Of a DNA stretch of 64,000 bases, positions 58,396-64,000 are shown in pieces. Both the position numbers and the translations under genes were made by a program. The notes beneath the pieces were generated by a model that worked only from the letters and a program-made list of their open reading frames with translations, was not told the origin of the DNA and did no database searches. Numbering within the stretch: position 1 is the stretch's first letter; the number at the start of each line of letters is the position of its first letter. The stretch is from an uncultured virus (IMG/VR IMGVR_UViG_3300000553_000007) (lineage: Duplodnaviria > Heunggongvirae > Uroviricota > Caudoviricetes), in IMG/VR virus record IMGVR_UViG_3300000553_000007. One strand, 5' to 3'.

Positions 58396-58803
58396 TTAAC
58401 AATCAAAAATCTGTTCGTATTTTCCAATAGTCATATGAAAACATTTTATATGACCCGATGGTGGTAATGTATATTTACTATAAATTGACATACCAAGTTC
58501 TTCTCTAATTGATTCCAATCTCTTACACCACACATTTAAAAAGAAATATCCATTTCCTTCAAGAACGTATGAGTCATACATAAACTCAACTTCTTCGCCT
58601 TCATAGTCATCCCAATATCGTATTCTTGGTGGAATTTCTAATTTAGGTCTTACGACTGTGATGTGAGCCGGCCACTTTGATTTAAATGGTCTTCTATATA
58701 ACGGTATTAACGAATAATAATCCGATAAATCTTGACCAACTTCAACCGTTACTCTAAATCCATTTTCATCGTTGTAATGAATTTTTCCTTTTCCTAAAAA
58801 CAT
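58396..58803 (-). CDS. 2H phosphoesterase-family protein
   Basis: Two HxT motifs, PAHITVV and CFHMTIG; likely start 58803. Confidence 0.7.
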   Translation of the reverse strand: MFLGKGKIHYNDENGFRVTVEVGQDLSDYYSLIPLYRRPFKSKWPAHITVVRPKLEIPPRIRYWDDYEGEEVEFMYDSYVLEGNGYFFLNVWCKRLESIREELGMSIYSKYTLPPSGHIKCFHMTIGKYEQIFDC

Positions 58804-58826
58804 TTCTGTAATATTACCTTTCAAAT

Positions 58827-58900
58827 TGGAGCCCGGTGTCAGAATCGAACTGACGTTTCTTCGTTACAAGGGAAGAGTAATGCCATTATACTAAACGGGC
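58827..58900 (-). tRNA. tRNA-Thr(TGT)
   Basis: CTTCC-CTTGTAA-CGAAG (one mismatch); GCCC start; TCCA end. Confidence 0.85.
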
Positions 58901-59202
58901 AAATTTTCACTGTCTTTTCTAGCTTTCTCGTATGATGAACCTATTTTTTTATATAAATCATTTGGATGAAACCCATCTGTATTCCATTTACCATGTGTAA
59001 TATGAAAATGTTCGGCATTCCAATGACAATCTGGACACAAGGAAATACCATTATTTAGAACATATCCACCATTTGGCATTTCGTGGCGGTCTGTAATATG
59101 ATGTGCATCTAATTTTTCTTTATTATTGCACATTCTACATTTACGACCGTCTCTTTCAAATACACCTTCACGGAATAGGTGTCTTTTTTGATATTTGTTC
59201 AT
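58891..59202 (-). CDS. Small HNH endonuclease
   Basis: VFERD..KCRMC...LDAHHI...NGISLCPDCH. Confidence 0.85.
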   Translation of the reverse strand: MNKYQKRHLFREGVFERDGRKCRMCNNKEKLDAHHITDRHEMPNGGYVLNNGISLCPDCHWNAEHFHITHGKWNTDGFHPNDLYKKIGSSYEKARKDSENLPV

Positions 59203-59467
59203 ACTTACTTTCTATTTGTTTCTTCGCTTCTTCAAATGTCACAGACTTTGGTTGTGCGTCAACTGTTGCTTGAACTTTTTTACGAGTAGCTTGTAACTTT
59301 TCATCTAGTTTGATACATTTCAATAGACGTTTTAATCCACGTTTTGAAAGAGGCATCATAGTTTGTAATTGTTCCAACGCTTGACGTTCTGTTGTCAATG
59401 GTTGATTTAATCTACCTTCTAAAGTAGGCCATTTATTTTTCATAAATGTGGTCATATTTACCAACAA
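59168..59467 (-). CDS. Hypothetical protein
   Basis: Basic ORF in an operon; start uncertain. Confidence 0.45.
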   Translation of the reverse strand: MLVNMTTFMKNKWPTLEGRLNQPLTTERQALEQLQTMMPLSKRGLKRLLKCIKLDEKLQATRKKVQATVDAQPKSVTFEEAKKQIESKYEQISKKTPIP

Positions 59468-59675
59468 ACTCGAATGTCTTTTCTATGTTGGGGAAATTTT
59501 TTAACCAACCATCAATTTTATCTTCATTATTCCCATACATTACCATTCCATTTGGTGTAATTGGCTCTTTACTACTACCATCATCACTGATGATGAACGC
59601 AGGCATTCCGTTTATATAAACTATATTTTTATATATGTCGTTTTCAAATTTGGAATTTACAATTTCACATATCAT
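59433..59675 (-). CDS. Hypothetical protein
   Basis: 80-aa ORF overlapping its neighbours. Confidence 0.5.
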   Translation of the reverse strand: MICEIVNSKFENDIYKNIVYINGMPAFIISDDGSSKEPITPNGMVMYGNNEDKIDGWLKNFPNIEKTFEFVGKYDHIYEK

Positions 59676-59884
59676 AAATTATAATTTTTCAGTAATTTAT
59701 CCAAAATAGATTTATCAATTGTTTGCGCTAAAAAATTAGCAGCAGCATCAGGGCAATAATCCCATCTATTACATGTGGGACATCTATAATGGGATGTTCT
59801 GACGGAAATGCCCATATCCCCAATTTTGGGGTCGCCGTGTTCGACGATTGTCATCTCAATATCGCACTTTTCACATTTCTTCAT
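59672..59884 (-). CDS. Small zinc-ribbon protein
   Basis: CEKC...CPTC; likely start 59884, just after a promoter. Confidence 0.55.
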   Translation of the reverse strand: MKKCEKCDIEMTIVEHGDPKIGDMGISVRTSHYRCPTCNRWDYCPDAAANFLAQTIDKSILDKLLKNYNL

Positions 59885-59889
59885 AAAAT

Positions 59890-59917
59890 ATAATAACACA
59901 TCTTGTGGATATGTCAA
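59890..59917 (-). promoter_or_regulatory. Sigma70-like promoter (TTGACA-N16-TATTAT)
   Basis: Read directly, between tRNA-Asp and the zinc-ribbon gene. Confidence 0.5.
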
Positions 59918-59928
59918 GCGTTTAAAAA

Positions 59929-60005
59929 TGGCGAGATAGACGAGACTCGAACTCGCAACTTTTCGGGCGACAGCCGAATACTCTAACCAATTGAGTTACT
60001 ACCCC
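59929..60005 (-). tRNA. tRNA-Asp(GTC)
   Basis: TTCGG-CTGTCGC-CCGAA; GCCA end. Confidence 0.92.
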
Positions 60006-60568
60006 GTTAATTGACATCCGAAATTTACTTTAAAAATTGTTCTGATGGCATCTTTACCACTCTCTTGCAATTCTCTAGTTCCGATACCGGCAAAATTTTG
60101 TGTCAACTTTGGAATTTCGCCCCAAAGACACTCAAATCCAACAATTGGCATATATCGAAACCAAGAACCTCCCATATCGTCTTGAAGAAATACAAACGTA
60201 GGTTTATCACAGTCAATTGCCATTTGAACCGCCCATCCTGTTCCTCCATCCACAGTCGATTTTGATAAAAACTTTTTCGCTATAGCGAAAACCGCATCTG
60301 AATTCTTGATTTGAAACCAATTCCTAGATAATAAATTTTTTATATAGGTTGGTTGACCTTGTGGATATTTTTTTAGAACTTTATTAGCTCTTAATACTGC
60401 TTCAAATCCTTCATTTAATTCCGGTCTTTCTAGAATCTTTCTATTCTTACCTTTTTGCGTATGACCATAAAAAGAATAAGCGATGGTTTTAACACCGTAT
60501 TTATCGCCTTCGTTTTCCCAGAACATATCAGCACCGGGACAACCACCACTATGACAAGTATAATTCAT
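59999..60568 (-). CDS. SLOG-superfamily (DprA/YspA-like) protein
   Basis: HSGGCPGAD, RN..QI.NSDAVFA, GGTGWAVQMA and AGIGTR motifs. Confidence 0.7.
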   Translation of the reverse strand: MNYTCHSGGCPGADMFWENEGDKYGVKTIAYSFYGHTQKGKNRKILERPELNEGFEAVLRANKVLKKYPQGQPTYIKNLLSRNWFQIKNSDAVFAIAKKFLSKSTVDGGTGWAVQMAIDCDKPTFVFLQDDMGGSWFRYMPIVGFECLWGEIPKLTQNFAGIGTRELQESGKDAIRTIFKVNFGCQLTG

Positions 60569-60963
60569 AAATTAAATCCTTTACCCAAAGTACAATGAAA
60601 ACATTTTAAATATCCTAATGGCGGAATTGTTATTCTACTTATTATAGACAATCCTAATTCTTTACGAATATCTTCCATTTCAACTGACCATAAATTGAAC
60701 CACCAATAATTTTTTTCATATAAAATATTATAGTCGTACACGAAATTTGCAACTTGGCCTTCTCTATTTCCCCATTTATCCCAATTAATAATTGGGTCTA
60801 TTGGGCTTACGACGGTTACGTGGGCATTCCATCTTGGTTTTAATGCTCGGTAATATTTAGGAATTAGAGAATAGTAATAATCTCCAATGGATTGTTCCAC
60901 ACTTACGGTAACTCTATCTCCATCGGATTTATCATAATGAATTATTCCACTAGACTTAAACAT
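60565..60963 (-). CDS. 2H phosphoesterase-family protein (paralog of 58396..58803)
   Basis: NAHVTVV and CFHCTLG HxT motifs; alignable end to end with its paralog. Confidence 0.7.
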   Translation of the reverse strand: MFKSSGIIHYDKSDGDRVTVSVEQSIGDYYYSLIPKYYRALKPRWNAHVTVVSPIDPIINWDKWGNREGQVANFVYDYNILYEKNYWWFNLWSVEMEDIRKELGLSIISRITIPPLGYLKCFHCTLGKGFNL

Positions 60964-60968
60964 CCCAA

Positions 60969-60996
60969 ATTATACATTACCGAATTGAGAAGTCAA
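60969..60996 (-). promoter_or_regulatory. Sigma70-like promoter (TTGACT-N16-TATAAT)
   Basis: Consensus -10 box 5 nt upstream of the 2H gene start. Confidence 0.6.
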
Positions 60997-61395
60997 GATT
61001 TAATTTCCATAACATCGTCAGAAGACCAAATAACGGTATCTTCTTCATCGTTATCCCATGTTACTTTATTAGACTCTAATTCAATTGCCAAATTTATCAA
61101 TTCTCTTTTCTGTAATTGATTCGGTTTGTGGAGAGAGTTGTTTGTGCACAATTCTTTAAGATAATTTGAATTTGTGATTCTTTGCCAACCGAGTTTCCAT
61201 AAATCTAATATATGGTCTGAGGCATCATTGAAATCGTTTTTATTTTTTGTGGCCTGCCATAATATATTACGAGCATCTGAACCGTGTGAGTATTTGATTG
61301 GAATAAAAGTTCCATTTGGCATCTGCCAAGAATATGCCCGTTTTTTATCGGATTCTAATGTCTCATTTAGTATGTCTTTTAGCTTAATCGCTCAT
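60993..61395 (-). CDS. Hypothetical protein with an IKLKDILNE leader; start apparently out of frame by +1
   Basis: The frame of 60993..61322 extends upstream as AIKLKDILNETLESDKKRAYSWQ; the ATG at 61395 is one base out of frame. Confidence 0.45.
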
Positions 61396-61432
61396 ATAAA
61401 TATAAAGTTAAAGATGATTTTACTATATAAAT

Positions 61433-61506
61433 TGGTGCATCCACCCGGAATCGAACCGAGATTAACAGGGTAAAAGCCTGCCAGCTTACCATTGACTTAT
61501 GGATGC
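61433..61506 (-). tRNA. tRNA-Lys(TTT)
   Basis: GCAGG-CTTTTAC-CCTGT; ACCA end. Confidence 0.85.
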
Positions 61507-61514
61507 GTTAAAAA

Positions 61515-61580
61515 CAAGATACCATCTTTTTTAGTTCTGCGTATTAGGCGGATTTTATTTTGATTGCGGTTGATATCTTT
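61515..61580 (-). ncRNA. Short structured element with a closing stem like that of 56376..56567
   Basis: AAGATATCA-ACCGCAA...TGGTATCTTG. Confidence 0.35.
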
Positions 61581-61583
61581 AAA

Positions 61584-61683
61584 TGGTGGAGTTTGAGGAT
61601 TTTTACCCCATGTTCTATTGTCGCCTGAACAAGGCTTACCCTACATACCCCTGCATAGGATAATACTTTCTGAACATCACTCA
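61584..61683 (-). ncRNA. CCA-ending tRNA-like RNA, atypical
   Basis: Ends ACTCCACCA; GGGG-TAAAAAT-CCTC T-arm-like hairpin; GAGT/ACTC and ATGTTC/GAACAT pairings. Confidence 0.35.
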
Positions 61684-61692
61684 ATGTACAAA

Positions 61693-61857
61693 TTACCTTA
61701 AAATCTTTAATACTAACCGAGCTTTCTTTAACTTTTGTTCGGTTTTAGTGTATTCTTCACCACTAACATTCTTCTTATAGTTTTCACTATTCAAACGTTT
61801 TTCAAGAAAGGCGATATAATCTTCCTCCTGTTTGATTCGGTTTTCTTTTGTATTCAT
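61693..61857 (-). CDS. Small helical protein
   Basis: MNTKENRIKQEE...LEKRLNSENYKKN; the true start is 61857, because the longer ORF overlaps a tRNA. Confidence 0.55.
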   Translation of the reverse strand: MNTKENRIKQEEDYIAFLEKRLNSENYKKNVSGEEYTKTEQKLKKARLVLKILR

Positions 61858-61861
61858 AAAT

Positions 61862-61940
61862 TGGTGTCTGTGGAGGGATTCGAACCCACACTTTACAAGT
61901 TTTAAGTTTGTTGCCATGCTTCCAGTTGGGCTACACAGAC
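61862..61940 (-). tRNA. tRNA-Leu(TAA), short variable arm
   Basis: ACAAA-CTTAAAA-CTTGT; ACCA end. Confidence 0.82.
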
Positions 61941-62003
61941 GTATAAATAAGCAGAACTGAAATATAAGTTCATTTTAAGTTGTTCCATTTATATTTATTT
62001 TAT

Positions 62004-62477
62004 ATGAAACACAAATATGAAAAAGAACAATTTTCGGAATGCGTAAAAAAATCTGAAAGTATGGGGCATTTATTAGAACTTTTAGGTATTATAAAAGCCG
62101 GTGGAAATTATGCTACAATGAAACGTAGAATATTAACGTGGAATATAGACACTTCCCATTGGGAACTAACAAAACGAAAACGTCAGGGATATAAAAATCG
62201 TGAAAGAGATAATTCCATTCCATTGTATAAAATTTTAATAGAAAATTCATCATATACTCACACTTATTGTCTTAAAAATAAATTAATTAAAGAAAAGGTG
62301 TTTGAGTTGAAATGTTATAGATGTGAATTAACTAATTGGCTGGATAGGTCAATTCCTTTAGAATTAGAACATATAAACGGAAATCGAGCCGATAATAGAA
62401 TTGAAAATCTTACATTATTGTGTCCAAATTGTCATGCTTTAACTAATACTTACCGTGGAAAAAATAAACGAAAGTAA
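62004..62477 (+). CDS. HNH endonuclease, antisense to the tRNA cluster
   Basis: CYRC...LELEHINGNRADNRIENLTLLCPNCHA.T. Confidence 0.88.
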   Translation: MKHKYEKEQFSECVKKSESMGHLLELLGIIKAGGNYATMKRRILTWNIDTSHWELTKRKRQGYKNRERDNSIPLYKILIENSSYTHTYCLKNKLIKEKVFELKCYRCELTNWLDRSIPLELEHINGNRADNRIENLTLLCPNCHALTNTYRGKNKRK

Positions 62478-62479
62478 AT

Positions 62480-62556
62480 TGGTAGTGGTAAAGAGAGTCG
62501 AACTCTTAAAATCATTATTTTGAGTAATAAATGTCTTCCAATTGCATCATACCACC
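62480..62556 (-). tRNA. tRNA-Leu(CAA), short variable arm
   Basis: TATTA-CTCAAAA-TAATG; ACCA end. Confidence 0.8.
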
Positions 62557-62564
62557 ATAAAATT

Positions 62565-62642
62565 TGGTAACATCTAAGGGATTCGAACCCATACATTTCT
62601 GTTTCTGAGACAGACGACTCCTACCGGTTGGTCTAAGATGTC
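62565..62642 (-). tRNA. tRNA-Leu(CAG), short variable arm
   Basis: TCTGT-CTCAGAA-ACAGA; ACCA end. Confidence 0.85.
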
Positions 62643-62705
62643 ATTAAATTGTGTCTTCTTCTCCCCTAACGCGGGGCTACCGACCGAAATGGTCGCCGAC
62701 TGAAT

Positions 62706-62781
62706 TGGGGTGAGTAGGGGGAATCGAACCCGCCATTGGAAGCTTCACAGGCCTCGACATTACCACTATGCTATACACACC
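62706..62781 (-). tRNA. tRNA-His(GTG)
   Basis: GAGGC-CTGTGAA-GCTTC; encoded G-1 opposite C73; CCA end. Confidence 0.9.
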
Positions 62782-62788
62782 ATAAAAA

Positions 62789-62943
62789 TTATTTGTCATA
62801 TGGCTAATGTGTGGAATGGAAAACCACTGATGTTACAATTAGACCACATTGACGGCAATCACCAAAATCACGTTATTTCTAATCTACGATTTATTTGTCC
62901 AAATTGTCATAGTCAGACAGAAACATTTTCTGGAAAAAATAAA
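62789..62943 (+). pseudogene. Truncated HNH endonuclease remnant
   Basis: WNGKPLMLQLDHIDGNHQNH..SNLRFICPNCHSQT resembles the C-terminal half of 62004..62477; there is no room for an N-terminus between the tRNAs. Confidence 0.65.
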
Positions 62944-62944
62944 A

Positions 62945-63023
62945 TGGCATCGGTGGAGGGAATCGAACCCATCATATCTTCTCATTGAGAATGAGACGTG
63001 TTAACCAATTACACTACACCGAC
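62945..63023 (-). tRNA. tRNA-Glu(CTC)
   Basis: TCTCA-TTCTCAA-TGAGA; GCCA end. Confidence 0.85.
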
Positions 63024-63030
63024 ATATTCA

Positions 63031-63134
63031 CAGACACGTCAGGTCACACGATATTCACTATATTTTTCCGTTATTCATGTGATTGGCAAAACCACCAGGC
63101 GCCATTTAGTCCACCCTTGTCAGGGATGTGTCTA
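63031..63134 (-). ncRNA. Candidate structured ncRNA
   Basis: Terminal AGACAC/GTGTCT stem with internal CCCT-GACA-AGGG and CACATG/CGTGTG pairings. Confidence 0.3.
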
Positions 63135-63665
63135 TGAAATTGTTGATACATACATGCCCATTACAATTGCCGCACACGAGCCGACATTTAATGAACGAAC
63201 TGTACCTCTAGCAGGAATAGTAACGATTCTTTCCGAATTGTCAAGCATGTATTCTGATAATCCCAATTGTTCTTCACCGACAACAAACACCGGCGGAAAC
63301 TGTAGACCGTTGAACGGATTATCATAGATTGAAACTGTCTTATTTTCATACTTTGGAACATTATTTTCAATACATACTAATGAATAATTTCCATTAATTG
63401 TTGAAATGAATTCTTCTTCGGTACGAATGAAATTGATAGGAATATAATGGTGCGTTCCAACGGTGGAACGTCGGTCATACTGCTTACTACCACCAATATA
63501 GATGGCTTCCTTGAAGCCAAAAAAGTTTGCCGAACGAATTACATTACCCAAATTGAAATCCCCTGACAAATGCGTCATACCAAAAGCAGCAGTGTGCGCA
63601 TGGTCACAATAGTTTTCCTTGATTTCTTCCGGTGATAGGGACTTTAAATAATCGTGAACATTCAT
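63132..63665 (-). CDS. SpoU/TrmH-family RNA 2'-O-methyltransferase
   Basis: FNLGNVIRSA..FG, VVGEEQLGLS and IP..G.VRSLNV..AAI SPOUT motifs. Confidence 0.9.
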   Translation of the reverse strand: MNVHDYLKSLSPEEIKENYCDHAHTAAFGMTHLSGDFNLGNVIRSANFFGFKEAIYIGGSKQYDRRSTVGTHHYIPINFIRTEEEFISTINGNYSLVCIENNVPKYENKTVSIYDNPFNGLQFPPVFVVGEEQLGLSEYMLDNSERIVTIPARGTVRSLNVGSCAAIVMGMYVSTIS

Positions 63666-63670
63666 AACTT

Positions 63671-64000
63671 TTATTTTTTTTCGTAGAGATTTAAGTAGTT
63701 TTTGCCATATTTTTTCTCTACATATTCAATATATGGTTTGATGTCATTTTTTCCTATGACTGTTAATGTGTGTGGAAAATGTAAAAATTTAGATTTATTT
63801 TTGTCTGTCATATATCCTTTTACTTCCACATACTCTCCATTATCTAATACAAAATCGGGATAAAATTTGTATTTTTTATTTTCAAATTTATACTCAAATC
63901 CTTGTGTATTCCTTTTAAATTTTAATTTGTGGTCTAATTGATAAATTACCCACGCCAATTCCCATGAAGATTGGCAAAAATATCCTTTATACCATCCCTG
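63671..64000 (-). CDS. PD-(D/E)XK endonuclease (TnsA-like/homing), partial, 5' end beyond the window
   Basis: GWYKGYFCQSSWELAW...FYPDF...YVEVKGY; the frame is open to the window edge. Confidence 0.7.
   Translation of the reverse strand, partial: QGWYKGYFCQSSWELAWVIYQLDHKLKFKRNTQGFEYKFENKKYKFYPDFVLDNGEYVEVKGYMTDKNKSKFLHFPHTLTVIGKNDIKPYIEYVEKKYGKNYLNLYEKK

Noticed and set aside
62480..62556. Possible UGA-suppressor/Sec tRNA (anticodon TCA)
   Set aside because: The proper 5-bp stem and 7-nt loop register (TATTA-CTCAAAA-TAATG) gives CAA = Leu. Long intact ORFs in the standard code give no sign of stop-codon reassignment.

Overview
A 64-kb segment of an AT-rich, large T4-like (myovirus-type) tailed bacteriophage genome in the standard genetic code, with nearly all genes on the minus strand. 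It has four parts. (i) 1-21.3 kb, head module: 5' part of the major capsid gene, scaffold, prohead protease, portal and large terminase. It is interrupted by a plus-strand block with two ADP-ribosyltransferase-like genes and putative homing endonucleases, and by a run of accessory genes (pyrimidine-dimer glycosylase-like, PTP-like phosphatase, RlaP-like nucleotidyltransferase, GMP reductase). (ii) 24.2-29 kb: fused Mre11-Rad50 (SbcD-SbcC), primase and RuvC-like resolvase. (iii) 29-52 kb: baseplate/tail structural genes, a sigma-factor-like gene and Ser/Thr-rich fibres. (iv) 52-64 kb: PhoH, an HD hydrolase, a frameshifted prephenate dehydrogenase and a dense RNA island. The island holds 18 canonical tRNAs (all with encoded CCA), a ~400-nt RNase P RNA with its own promoter, several unexplained structured ncRNA candidates (one with tandem pseudoknots), two 2H phosphoesterases, a SLOG protein, a SpoU/TrmH methyltransferase and HNH endonucleases. 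The most notable signal is this apparent phage-encoded tRNA supply, maturation and repair island centred on an RNase P ribozyme. All calls come from reading motifs and base pairing by eye; no database searches were run.
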